Shown here: one piece after another, positions 18,649 to 27,539 of the stretch
How the letters are laid out: each line of letters starts with the position of its first letter
Numbering within the stretch: position 1 is the stretch's first letter
NCBI GenBank assembly: GCA_038245295.1
Contig: JBBRSP010000017.1
Coordinates: forward strand, 32,001 to 96,000
Length of the DNA: 64,000 bases
Reading direction: 5' to 3'
Origin: Candidatus Binatia bacterium
GTDB taxonomy: Bacteria > Desulfobacterota > Binatia > HRBIN30
Translations under genes and position numbers: made by a program
The notes under the pieces: generated by a model
Told to the model about the DNA's origin: nothing
What the model saw: only the letters and a program-made list of their open reading frames with translations
Database searches by the model: none

Positions 18649-19950
18649 ATGAGTAAGCAGGCGAAGCCTTTACCGCCGGATGCGACGAGCGTCCCGGCGC
18701 GCGTCGAACAGTTCTTTGCTGATCTGGGTCCAGGGCTTGTCACCGGCGCTGCCGACGATGATCCGTCCGGCATCTCTACCTATTCGGTAACCGGCGCCTC
18801 GTTTGGCTACGCGACGCTGTGGATTGCCTTGTTCTCGTTTCCGCTGATGGTCTCGGTGCAGCTCATGTGCGCCCGGCTAGGGATGGTTACGGGGCGGGGG
18901 CTCGCCGGGGTTGTGCGCAAGCGGTACTCGCGTTGGGTGCTCTGGGGTGCCTGTCTGCTGCTGATTGTTGCCAATGTCATCAACATCGGCGCCGATCTTG
19001 GTGGAATGGCCGAAGCGACGGAGTTGGTGACCGGTATCGATCGGCGAATCCTGATGCCGCTTTACGGCGGGTTCATCATTTCGCTGCTGTTCTTCTCTTC
19101 GTACCGGCAAATCGCCCGCGTCTTCAAATGGTTGACGCTGGTACTGTTCGCCTATGTCGGGTCGGGGATTCTAGCCAATCCGGCATGGGGGACGGCGTTG
19201 CGCGCTACCTTCATCCCGCACATGGAGTGGTCGGCGCGTTACTTTTCGGTTCTCGTCGGTGTGCTCGGTACGACAATCTCACCCTACCTGTTCTTCTGGC
19301 AGGCATCGGTCGAAGTCGAGGAAGAGCGCGCCATGGGGCGGCGCACCCTGAGGGAGCGACAGGGGGCAACCGACGTCGAGCTGCGCACCTCGTTCATCGA
19401 CGTGGTCACAGGAATGTTCTTCTCGAACTTCATTATGTACTTCATCATCCTCACCACGGCGGCGACGTTGCACGCCAACGGCCAAACGCAAATCACCACG
19501 GCGCGCGAGGCGGCCGAGGCGCTACGTCCACTGGCCGGACCAGCCGCCTATTGGCTGTTTACGCTCGGGCTCCTGGGTACCGGAATGCTCGGTGTGCCGG
19601 TGCTGGCGGGCTCGTGCGCCTATACGATCGGTGAAGCGTTCGGGTGGCACGGCTCGCTCGAAGATAGGCCGAACGGCGCGCGCCGATTCTACGCGGTGGT
19701 CGCGGCAGCCATTGTGTTCGGCCTGTTGCTCGACGTGATCGGCATCAATGCCGTCAGCATGCTGTTCTGGTCGGCCGTGGTAAACGGTGTGCTGGCACCG
19801 CCACTGATCGTTTTGGTCCTGTTGCTGACCAGCGATCAGACTATCATGGGGAAACGCACCAACCCGCCGCTGCTGCGTTGGACCGGCTGGATCACTGCCA
19901 TCACCATGACCGGGGCGGCCGTGGCTATGCTGGTGACCGCGCTGCTGTGA
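18649..19950 (+). CDS. NRAMP-family divalent metal transporter
   Basis: LGPGLVTGAADDDPSGI, GTTISPYLFFWQ, multiple TM helices. Confidence 0.9.
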   Translation: MSKQAKPLPPDATSVPARVEQFFADLGPGLVTGAADDDPSGISTYSVTGASFGYATLWIALFSFPLMVSVQLMCARLGMVTGRGLAGVVRKRYSRWVLWGACLLLIVANVINIGADLGGMAEATELVTGIDRRILMPLYGGFIISLLFFSSYRQIARVFKWLTLVLFAYVGSGILANPAWGTALRATFIPHMEWSARYFSVLVGVLGTTISPYLFFWQASVEVEEERAMGRRTLRERQGATDVELRTSFIDVVTGMFFSNFIMYFIILTTAATLHANGQTQITTAREAAEALRPLAGPAAYWLFTLGLLGTGMLGVPVLAGSCAYTIGEAFGWHGSLEDRPNGARRFYAVVAAAIVFGLLLDVIGINAVSMLFWSAVVNGVLAPPLIVLVLLLTSDQTIMGKRTNPPLLRWTGWITAITMTGAAVAMLVTALL

Positions 19951-19979
19951 ACGCCCTCGCCGCGAGGCCAGGCTTCTTG

Positions 19980-20037
19980 CGTAGAACTACCTGCGTAATT
20001 CCCCGACCTTTAATCGGCGTTGCGGCGCTTGTATCAA
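19980..20037 (+). promoter_or_regulatory. Regulon motif copy 6 plus -10-like TATCAA
   Basis: CGTAGAACTACCTG-CGTAATTCCCCGACC-TTTAAT-N17-TATCAA. Confidence 0.68.
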
Positions 20038-20039
20038 CT

Positions 20040-21629
20040 ATGTCGATGACTGATACGCCCACCGCAGCGCAGATCTTGGCTGACTATCGCAATACACAGG
20101 CAGCGCTGGCGGCGTCGGAGTTGCGTTACCGGCGGCTATTTGAAACCGCTCAGGATGGCATCCTCATCATCGACGCGACCACCGGATGCGTCATCGACGC
20201 CAACCCGTTCATGACGAAGCTCCTGAACTACCCGCTCCAACACTTTCTCGGCAAGGAATTGTGGGAGCTCGGCTTGTTTGCCGATGCAGCAAGCTGCCGA
20301 GAAAACTTCGAGACCCTCCTGCGCGATGGCTACGTCCGCTACGAGCACCTGCCGCTGAGCCGCGAGTCTGGTTCACCCATCGCAGTGGAGTTCGTCAGCA
20401 ACGTGTACCAGGTGGCCGATGCGAAGATCATCCAGTGCAACATCCGCGACATCAGCGCCCGGCGTGTCACCGAGGAGCAGGAACACAACCATTTGACCGC
20501 CCTCGCCGAGCTCGATCGGCGCAAGAACGAGTTCCTCACCATGTTGTCGCACGAGCTGCGCAACCCTCTAGCGCCGATCTTGAACGCGGTGCATCTACTC
20601 GCCACCCAAGGCGGCGAAACACCGGTCCAGAAGCAAGCGCGGCAGATCATTGAACGGCAGGTGGGGCAGCTCAAGCGGCTGGTCGATGACCTCCTGGAGG
20701 TATCGCGTCTCAACACCGGGCGGCTCGAGCTGCGACGCGAGAATATCAGCCTCAACGCGGTTGTCAGTCTCGCCGCCGAGACGGTGCGCCCGTTGATGGA
20801 GGCGCGGCAGCATAAGTTCACCGTTTCCGTCCCCGAGCGCGAACTGTGGGTGAATGCCGATGCCGTTCGGCTGCAACAGGTTTTGCTCAACCTTCTCATG
20901 AACGCCTACAAGTACACCGACGTCGGCGGCCAGATCAGCGTAACCCTCGATGGTGCATCCGATGAAGGCGTCGTGCGAGTGCGCGATACCGGTCGTGGCA
21001 TCTCCGCCGAGCTACTACCGCGCATCTTCGATCTCTTTGCACAGGCCGAGCAGACGCTTGATCGCGCCGAGGGGGGACTTGGTGTCGGCCTGACCGTCGT
21101 ACGCCGGTTGATGGAGCTACACGGTGGCACGGCGACGGTGACGAGCACGCCGGGGCAGGGCAGCGAGTTCGTCGTGCGTATGCCGCTAACGGTGCTTTCG
21201 GCCCCGGGGCCAGAACTCTTTCCGCCAGTCGTCGTCGAGCCGGCGTTCCGCAGTGTCCGCGTCCTGGTCGTCGATGACAATGTCGACGCAGCAGAATGTC
21301 TAGCTCTCCTTTTGCGCATCGCGGGCCATGAGGTCAGCGTCGCCGCTACGGGGCCGACAGCCTTGTCGTCGGCGATCGAGGCGAAGCCGGAAATGGTGTT
21401 CCTTGATATTGGCTTGCCGGGGATGGATGGTTTCGAGGTGGCCGAGCGGATTCGCGCCGAACCAACGCTGTCCCGGACGGTCCTTGCCGCCCTGAGCGGC
21501 TACGGTCAGCCGGAGGATCGCCAGCGCGCGCGCACCGCCGGCTTCAATCACTATCTGGTAAAACCGGTACCCTTCGCGGAGATCGAACAGCTTGTCGAGA
21601 CGGTCGGGCGCGCCGGAGCGGCCGCCTGA
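20040..21629 (+). CDS. Hybrid PAS sensor histidine kinase / receiver
   Basis: YRRLFETAQDGIL PAS; SHELRNPL; NAYKYT; DTGRG; GLGVGL; VVDDN...LDIGLPGMDG...KP. Start 20040 or 20046. Confidence 0.93.
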   Translation: MSMTDTPTAAQILADYRNTQAALAASELRYRRLFETAQDGILIIDATTGCVIDANPFMTKLLNYPLQHFLGKELWELGLFADAASCRENFETLLRDGYVRYEHLPLSRESGSPIAVEFVSNVYQVADAKIIQCNIRDISARRVTEEQEHNHLTALAELDRRKNEFLTMLSHELRNPLAPILNAVHLLATQGGETPVQKQARQIIERQVGQLKRLVDDLLEVSRLNTGRLELRRENISLNAVVSLAAETVRPLMEARQHKFTVSVPERELWVNADAVRLQQVLLNLLMNAYKYTDVGGQISVTLDGASDEGVVRVRDTGRGISAELLPRIFDLFAQAEQTLDRAEGGLGVGLTVVRRLMELHGGTATVTSTPGQGSEFVVRMPLTVLSAPGPELFPPVVVEPAFRSVRVLVVDDNVDAAECLALLLRIAGHEVSVAATGPTALSSAIEAKPEMVFLDIGLPGMDGFEVAERIRAEPTLSRTVLAALSGYGQPEDRQRARTAGFNHYLVKPVPFAEIEQLVETVGRAGAAA

Positions 21630-21686
21630 CGCCGAGTACCTTGGTTCGCAAACTCGGCCACGTATCGCGCTCGTGCTGAGCCTGTT

Positions 21687-21710
21687 CTAGGGGCGGTTCG
21701 GGAACCGCCC
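21687..21710. repeat. Second GTAG-type REP family, single copy
   Basis: CTAGGGGCGGTTCGGGAACCGCCC; near-identical copy at 63082-63105. Confidence 0.65.
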
Positions 21711-21794
21711 GCTTCTGTCTGAGCTTATCGAAGGATGAACGGCGAGCCTAAGTACTATTCGGCGCAGGTACGGTGACGTACCCGCAACCGCCCT

Positions 21795-21867
21795 CCGCAG
21801 TCTAAAGCCTGCGCCTACCCGTCCGCTTCAGGGTGCGCACTCAGTCTGGTAGGCGCAGGCTTTAGCC
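21795..21867. repeat. GTAG-type REP doublet (degenerate)
   Basis: CCGCAGTCTAAAGCCTGCGCCTACC...GGTAGGCGCAGGCTTTAGCC between convergent genes. Confidence 0.8.
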
Positions 21868-21869
21868 GT

Positions 21870-22037
21870 TTAGTCGACGGCGTCCTTGATCTTGTCGATC
21901 ACCTTCTCGGCATGTTGCTTCACTTTGCCGATGGACTGATCGACACGTCCTTCGTGCTTCAGCTTAGCATCGCCGGTGAGGGCGCCGGCCGCTTCTTTTA
22001 CACGTCCCTTGAGCTCATCAATTTTTCCACTGGTCAT
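21870..22037 (-). CDS. csbD: CsbD-family protein (55 aa, not in ORF track)
   Basis: MTSGKIDELKGRVKEAAGALTGDAKLKHEGRVDQSIGKVKQHAEKVIDKIKDAVD; AAGGAG RBS. Confidence 0.9.
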   Translation of the reverse strand: MTSGKIDELKGRVKEAAGALTGDAKLKHEGRVDQSIGKVKQHAEKVIDKIKDAVD

Positions 22038-22082
22038 GTGCGTTACTCCTTTGTTTGCGTTGTGACGTTACGTTCAAAAACC

Positions 22083-22139
22083 ACTCTAAGGTGGGCCATC
22101 CATGCGGCAAGATCGGATTACCACGCGCGTAGTTTCACG
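22083..22139 (-). promoter_or_regulatory. Regulon motif copy 7 plus sigma70-like TTGCCG-N16-TAGAGT
   Basis: Minus strand CGTGAAACTACGCG-CGTGGTAATCCGATC-TTGCCG-N16-TAGAGT. Confidence 0.7.
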
Positions 22140-22162
22140 CGGCGTGGATATCCGCAGTTGCA

Positions 22163-23881
22163 CTAGTGCCGCACGCGCCCTTTCAGGATGTTGTGTTCGA
22201 TGGTCGGGATGAGGTCCTGGAGGATTACGTCCTCGTAACGTCCCGACGTCGGGTTCGTCAGATCAGGCACCTGCGATTCTGACACCCGGTGGTTCACGTA
22301 GAACGAGCCCTTGCGTCCGCCGGCGCCAGGAAGGACAACGACGAACATGTTCTGCATCTGCTTCGACACCATCAGTGGGTCGAGCATGTCGCCGAGGCGC
22401 TCGTAGTCGTTTGGCGACTGGCCATAACCGGGCAGGATATACAGTACAGGAAAGCTCCTTGTCGTATGGAAGTATGCCGGTGGGCGATAGATCAGCACCG
22501 CCTCGTTCGGGGTCGCACCGCTCCCCAGACGCAGTGAGGGGGCGGCGATCATCGACTTCATGATATCACCGCGCGGATCGAGGTCGGTGATATCGATGTC
22601 GCCGGGCCCGTGAAATCCGTCGGCGAAGCTTGAGTCGACGTACGCGAACAGCGTCAAGAGACGCTGCCAGACGACCAACTGGCCGCAGACGTTGCCGTGT
22701 AACAACTGGTCGGTTGTATCATCGGCTTCCGGCACGCCGACGTGACCGCCGGTGTACTGAACCATCAGGAATTGCTGTGACAGGGTGGGGAACTGCGTGC
22801 AGTTGCCGGGAAAGTCACCGAGGCTGTCGACGGTAAGTCCTTTGGAACGCAGCAGCGCCACGAAGTTCTCATAGTGACGTCCGAAGCCGAATTGGTCCTC
22901 GCTGCCGACATCCATGTAGATGCGCTGCGTCGCGATGTCGGTTGCCGAGCGCGCCGCGGTGCGCGTCAGCGGATCCTCGGCCAGCCAGTTGGCGCGATCG
23001 GGATCGTAGTCGAATTGGCCGTTGCCCTCGCCGAAGTCGCTGGTTCCGGCAACGCCGTCGAGGCCGACATCCTGAAACGTCTCGCCCAATTCCGGCTCGT
23101 AGACGAGATTGTCGTTGGTGTCGGTAAACGGCTCGGAGAAGTTGACGACGATACCTTCACCGACATCGTAGACACCGTCGCTGTCCAAGTCAGCCAGCTT
23201 GCGCCCACCGACATCCACCGCGGTGGCGCCGCTGACGATCATCGGGAGTGACCCGACGGCAAGCAGGGCAACGTCGGCCGACTGGGTCGGTGTCTCGCTG
23301 ATTTGGCGAGCCCCGTCCTGGTTGGCATCGCCGCCATCGAGAAACTGCATCGGGTTGGCCGACAGGGTGAAGGTCCCAAAGGCGTCGTCCCGCAGCAGAT
23401 GTGCCGGCTGCGAGTCCATCGCCAGATATTGACGCGTCGGATCGGTATGGTGCAGGACCGGATTGCCGAAGGCGATGACCAGATCCTTATTCATTGCCAG
23501 TCGCAGATCACGCCCGGGATAGGGGGCCTGATGGTCGAAGGTGAAGTCGTCGCCGACGTTGAGCGGGCGCGTTGTTTGCGCCTTCACTTCGAGGTTGTCG
23601 TGGACAACGTCGCGCAGCAGTTGCCGCATGTCGACAGGGCCGCCGAGCGAGGCAATCGTGCTGAAGGTGTCGGCGTGTTTGGTGCCGAGGTTCATGGCGC
23701 CAAAGGCGCCCATCGAAACGCCACTGATGGCGCGGTACTGGCGCTCGATTGTCAGGGACCCGCCGGGAGTCGGGCTCGGCCCGACATCAGGCCCGCTGCC
23801 CCCATGCCCCCCACACGCGGCGAGGGCGGTAAGGGTAAGAGGGAGAACGCGGCTCAGGAAACTCTTGGTTAGGGATAACAT
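22163..23881 (-). CDS. Lipoprotein esterase (PF00756-like alpha/beta hydrolase), apparently circularly permuted
   Basis: Lipobox LAAC; RAISGVSMG near the N-terminus; YMDVGSED; GGH; then IYRPPAY...FPVLYILPG...SFY...DLIPTIE at the C-terminus. Confidence 0.75.
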   Translation of the reverse strand: MLSLTKSFLSRVLPLTLTALAACGGHGGSGPDVGPSPTPGGSLTIERQYRAISGVSMGAFGAMNLGTKHADTFSTIASLGGPVDMRQLLRDVVHDNLEVKAQTTRPLNVGDDFTFDHQAPYPGRDLRLAMNKDLVIAFGNPVLHHTDPTRQYLAMDSQPAHLLRDDAFGTFTLSANPMQFLDGGDANQDGARQISETPTQSADVALLAVGSLPMIVSGATAVDVGGRKLADLDSDGVYDVGEGIVVNFSEPFTDTNDNLVYEPELGETFQDVGLDGVAGTSDFGEGNGQFDYDPDRANWLAEDPLTRTAARSATDIATQRIYMDVGSEDQFGFGRHYENFVALLRSKGLTVDSLGDFPGNCTQFPTLSQQFLMVQYTGGHVGVPEADDTTDQLLHGNVCGQLVVWQRLLTLFAYVDSSFADGFHGPGDIDITDLDPRGDIMKSMIAAPSLRLGSGATPNEAVLIYRPPAYFHTTRSFPVLYILPGYGQSPNDYERLGDMLDPLMVSKQMQNMFVVVLPGAGGRKGSFYVNHRVSESQVPDLTNPTSGRYEDVILQDLIPTIEHNILKGRVRH

Positions 23882-23890
23882 AAGAAACCT

Positions 23891-24298
23891 TTACGGGCCG
23901 ACTTCGGTGAAGCCGGTAACTTCCAGCGTACTCATGAAACGACCGTCGGTGCGGTCGGGGAGCTGCGGGAAGGTGAAGTGGAAGGCAGTGCTGGCGTGCG
24001 GCGCCAGATCGTTGGCCAGCTCGAACGGTACGGCGCGACCGGGGTTGTCGGCGCTCGGGTGTAACTCATCGGTCCATAGAAACTGTTGCCGCAGCTCCAA
24101 GTGAATACCGTGCAACGTCGAGCCCGACTTGTTGATGAGTGTGCCCGATACCGAGGTGCCGGCAATCGCGACATCGCTGAGCGTCACCGTGCGTTCGGCG
24201 TCACCCGGTTGCAGCACGGTCGCCGCTAGGGTCGCGCCGGGGCGCGAGACGAGAGGTAGCCCGAGGAGGGCAACAAATAGAAAAATGCGTGGGGTCAT
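23891..24298 (-). CDS. Hypothetical secreted beta-rich protein
   Basis: Signal peptide MTPRIFLFVALLGL; short gaps to both neighbours on the same strand. Confidence 0.65.
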   Translation of the reverse strand: MTPRIFLFVALLGLPLVSRPGATLAATVLQPGDAERTVTLSDVAIAGTSVSGTLINKSGSTLHGIHLELRQQFLWTDELHPSADNPGRAVPFELANDLAPHASTAFHFTFPQLPDRTDGRFMSTLEVTGFTEVGP

Positions 24299-24314
24299 GA
24301 TCGAACTCCAGTGT

Positions 24315-24929
24315 TTACAGTCCAAGATCGAGCGTGCGCACCTTCTTGAAGCGTTGCGCTACGTCTTGCCAGTTGACGATCTTCCAGAACGCCGTGACCC
24401 AGTCGGCTTTGACGTTCTTGTATTGCAGGTAATAGGCGTGCTCCCACATATCGAGAACCAGCAACGGAACGGTCCCATTGCCGATGTTGCCCTGGTGATC
24501 GTAGACCTGCTCGACGACCAGCCGCTGGCCGACCGGCTCCCAGGCCATGGCGCCCCATCCGGAACCCTGAACGTTGAGCGCCGCCTGGGTCAGCTGACTC
24601 TGCAGCCCGTCGACGGAACCAAATGATTCCTTGATGGCGGCACCCAGGTCGTCCGGAGGCGCTCCACCGCCCTTGGGGCTCATATTGAGCCAGAACAGGG
24701 AGTGCAGGACGTGGCCGGAGACGTGAAAGGCGAGATTCTTCTGCAGTTGGTTGATGGCGTCGAAGTTGTTCTGCTCACGCGCCGCGGCAAGTTTGTCGAG
24801 CGTCGCGTTGGCGCCTGTGACATATGCGGCGTGGTGTTTGGTGTGGTGCAATTCCAGGAGGGCCGCGGAGTAGTGCGGCTCCAAGGCGGCGTAGTCGTAA
24901 GGTAGATCGGGAAGGGTGTATTTCTTCAT
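24315..24929 (-). CDS. sod: Fe/Mn superoxide dismutase
   Basis: YTLPDLPYDYAALEP, HHTKHH, GHVLHSLFW, QGSGW, DMWEHAYYLQYKN; GGAGG RBS. Confidence 0.95.
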   Translation of the reverse strand: MKKYTLPDLPYDYAALEPHYSAALLELHHTKHHAAYVTGANATLDKLAAAREQNNFDAINQLQKNLAFHVSGHVLHSLFWLNMSPKGGGAPPDDLGAAIKESFGSVDGLQSQLTQAALNVQGSGWGAMAWEPVGQRLVVEQVYDHQGNIGNGTVPLLVLDMWEHAYYLQYKNVKADWVTAFWKIVNWQDVAQRFKKVRTLDLGL

Positions 24930-25065
24930 AGGGACCTCCATCGTCCATAGGATGCGCCCTGGAAGAGGTGCCGCCAATATACGAAATGCAAGAAGTGAAT
25001 CTGCGAGCGCTCACGTAAGTGTGGAGACACGGCGCAAGAGTGTCCGGCACTGGATACCGGCTTCC

Positions 25066-25225
25066 GGGACCGTCGATAAACTGAAATGGAGCAACGTCAT
25101 CCCGGCGAAAGCCGGGATCTCCCCCTGCTGGAAGCCTCGAAGGCTGGCGAGATACCGGCTTTCGCCGGTATGACGGAGGTGTTTGCGCAGTTGCAAACGA
25201 TGAATCAGAGAAAATCGATAGTCTC
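25066..25225 (+). mobile_element. ~160-bp MITE-like element with internal CGTC-type REP pair
   Basis: GGGACCGTCGAT...ATCGATAGTCTC imperfect terminal inverted repeats; homologous copies at 50654 and 59920. Confidence 0.8.
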
Positions 25226-25258
25226 TTCTTCAGCCTGCGCTCGCTTGTTGGTCGAGCG

Positions 25259-25408
25259 TTACAATCGACCGGTAAGCAACAGCACAACCAGCACGAGCAA
25301 GATGATCCCGCCGACGCCGGAGGGAGCATAGCCGTAGTTGTGATAACCCCAGTTCGGCAGACCGCCGAAGACCAATAGCAACAAGACGACGAGTAGAATG
25401 AGAGGCAT
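25259..25408 (-). CDS. DUF3309-family small membrane protein (49 aa, not in ORF track)
   Basis: MPLILLVVLLLLVFGGLPNWGYHNYGYAPSGVGGIILLVLVVLLLTGRL; paralog of 10178..10327. Confidence 0.88.
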   Translation of the reverse strand: MPLILLVVLLLLVFGGLPNWGYHNYGYAPSGVGGIILLVLVVLLLTGRL

Positions 25409-25437
25409 GGGAGTTCTCCTTTGGATGGCTCCGAGAG

Positions 25438-25725
25438 TTAGGTCCGCGGTGCTGCAGCGGTGCTTGGCGCCGTCGCATGAGTCGTCTGGGCCCGGAGGTG
25501 CTCACCTAGTTCGCTGGCTTTCTCGGCCAGGTCGTGGCGAATCTGTTGGCCTGCCTTCGGGGCGAACAGCAACGCCAAGCCGGCTCCCAGCATGATGCCG
25601 GTGCCAAAGACTCCGAACACGCCAAGCGTCGAAGCGACCCGGCTGGTCGACTTGGTCTGTAAACCGATGGCGTTTGCCAACTCTTCCTTTGATGGAAGGG
25701 CCTCGAGAAGATCTTCGAGTTTCAT
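25438..25725 (-). CDS. YtxH-domain protein
   Basis: FGTGIMLGAGLALLFAPKAGQQIR. Confidence 0.82.
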   Translation of the reverse strand: MKLEDLLEALPSKEELANAIGLQTKSTSRVASTLGVFGVFGTGIMLGAGLALLFAPKAGQQIRHDLAEKASELGEHLRAQTTHATAPSTAAAPRT

Positions 25726-25746
25726 GATGGCTGCTCCTTTGGGTCG

Positions 25747-26118
25747 CTAGACCCGTTCAACCGCCACGCTACGCGGCGGGGTGTTGCTGGAAGGAAAAAG
25801 TCGGGCGCTGATTTCGCGTGTTGCCAGCACGGTGGCAAATCGGGTCGCCGCACCAAGCAGGACAACGGTCAGTCGCGAGTTGAGCCCGCCGCCGAGAACG
25901 TAGCCAATGCCGAGGGCGGCACCCAATGTTACGTAGGGCCGCTGTTTAAGCTGGTGCGTCAGGGTCTGTTGCGCCGCGCTGGAAGCGTCGCGCACTGCTT
26001 CGGCGAGGGCCGTCGCGTCATGTTGGATCTCGCGCGCGTGTTGGCGCAGCGAGCGCTCGTCGACAAATTCGGCGTTTGCGGCACTCCAGGCGCCGTTAAC
26101 GTGCGTGGCGTGGGTCAT
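25747..26118 (-). CDS. ElaB/YqjD/DUF883-like membrane-anchored protein
   Basis: Helical region then QRPYVTLGAALGIGYVLG. Confidence 0.65.
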   Translation of the reverse strand: MTHATHVNGAWSAANAEFVDERSLRQHAREIQHDATALAEAVRDASSAAQQTLTHQLKQRPYVTLGAALGIGYVLGGGLNSRLTVVLLGAATRFATVLATREISARLFPSSNTPPRSVAVERV

Positions 26119-26351
26119 CGCCGAGCCCGCCTAAGGCTGGAGACGATGCGTCCCATCACAAACCCGAAAGCGACGGCGCCCAGGATTGCGACGACGGGCC
26201 GTTGGCGAACGCCGCGGCGCGTCCGTTCCTGTAACTCCGTGAGTGTCGTGCCGACGGTGTCGATATCGGCTCCGACGGCATCAACGAGGGGCGCGATAGA
26301 TTCGTCGGCAAGGATGGTGTCGGTGGTCATCGTGGTCTCCTGTGTCTCCAT
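26115..26351 (-). CDS. ElaB/YqjD/DUF883-like small protein
   Basis: VRQRPVVAILGAVAFGFVMGR plus basic tail; ATGA overlap with the next gene. Confidence 0.68.
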   Translation of the reverse strand: METQETTMTTDTILADESIAPLVDAVGADIDTVGTTLTELQERTRRGVRQRPVVAILGAVAFGFVMGRIVSSLRRARR

Positions 26352-26372
26352 GCAATGAAACAGTCACGCTTC

Positions 26373-26430
26373 TTTCTATCGGCATGTCAGGTAAGCAGTA
26401 AGCTCGGAGTACTACGCGCGTGCTTCTACG
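26373..26430 (-). promoter_or_regulatory. Regulon motif copy 8 plus -10-like TAGAAA
   Basis: Minus strand CGTAGAAGCACGCG-CGTAGTACTCCGAGC-TTACTG-N17-TAGAAA. Confidence 0.78.
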
Positions 26431-26545
26431 CGGCGACGGCGTTGCGGCGCTCATGGAGTGGTCTGTGCCGGTGTGTTGCCAGCGGGATGGGCCACGAAAT
26501 TACGTGGCTAGTGCAGCGCCGCGGTGGTCAGTATAAGTGCCCGCC

Positions 26546-27532
26546 ATGAACGCCGCGGAGAAGCCGTTGAGTCTGTCCCCGGCGCCGCTGATCGATGTCG
26601 AGGAGTTGGAAGTGCGCTACGGCACACGCGCCGCTCTGCGTGGTCTTAGTTTTACAGTGAAGGCCGGCGAGGTCGTCGGACTGCTCGGACCAAACGGCGC
26701 CGGAAAGACAACGACGTTTTCGGTCCTCGCGACGCTACGTAAGCCAGATGCGGGGCGCGTCACCGTCGCCGGCCTGTCGGTGGCCGACGCCCCCAAACAG
26801 GTGCGCCGAATGCTCGGCGTCGTTCCACAATCTCTCGCTCTGTATCCGACGTTCAGCGCCCGCGAGAATGTGGTTCTCTTCGCGCGGTTGGCGGGGTTAC
26901 GTGGCCGGGCGGTACACGTCGCCGCGACGGCGGCCCTGCAACTCGTCGGTCTCGAGGATCGCGCCGACGATCGCGTCGGGTCGTTTTCCGGCGGTATGCA
27001 ACACCGGCTTAATTTGGCCTGTGGCATCCTGCACGCGCCGCGTGTCGTACTGCTCGACGAACCTACCGTCGGCGTCGATCCGCAGTCGCGCGAGCGCATC
27101 GGCGAGGCGGTGCGCGATCAAGCCCGGCGCGGCGCCGCGGTTCTTTACAGCACTCATGATCTCGACGAGGCCGAGCGCGTTTGCGACCGCGTAGTGCTGA
27201 TCGACGAAGGACACGTGGTGAGCGACGGCACGCCGGAGGAGTTGATTCGCCGCTCGGGTGGCGTGCTGCGCCTCGAGGTCGTCACCCGCGCGCCGCTGCC
27301 CGTCGGTTGGTTTGAGGGGGTGGACGGAGTTGTTCCGATCCACGCCGCAGCGGTGGCGCCGCTATTGAGCCGGGGCCCGACTGTCCATGTCGGACTCACT
27401 GACCTGAGCAGCGCGTCGCGCGTTCTCGAGCGCGCCACGGCGTGTGGTGGGGGAGTGCTCGAGTTTCATGTCCACCAACCCAGCCTGCAGGACGTGTTCA
27501 TGGCGCTGACCGGGCGGGCGCTGCGCGATTGA
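26546..27532 (+). CDS. ABC-2 exporter ATP-binding protein
   Basis: GPNGAGKT, FSGGM, LLDEPTVGVD, STH, PSLQDVF. Confidence 0.93.
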   Translation: MNAAEKPLSLSPAPLIDVEELEVRYGTRAALRGLSFTVKAGEVVGLLGPNGAGKTTTFSVLATLRKPDAGRVTVAGLSVADAPKQVRRMLGVVPQSLALYPTFSARENVVLFARLAGLRGRAVHVAATAALQLVGLEDRADDRVGSFSGGMQHRLNLACGILHAPRVVLLDEPTVGVDPQSRERIGEAVRDQARRGAAVLYSTHDLDEAERVCDRVVLIDEGHVVSDGTPEELIRRSGGVLRLEVVTRAPLPVGWFEGVDGVVPIHAAAVAPLLSRGPTVHVGLTDLSSASRVLERATACGGGVLEFHVHQPSLQDVFMALTGRALRD

Positions 27533-27539
27533 GGATTGT

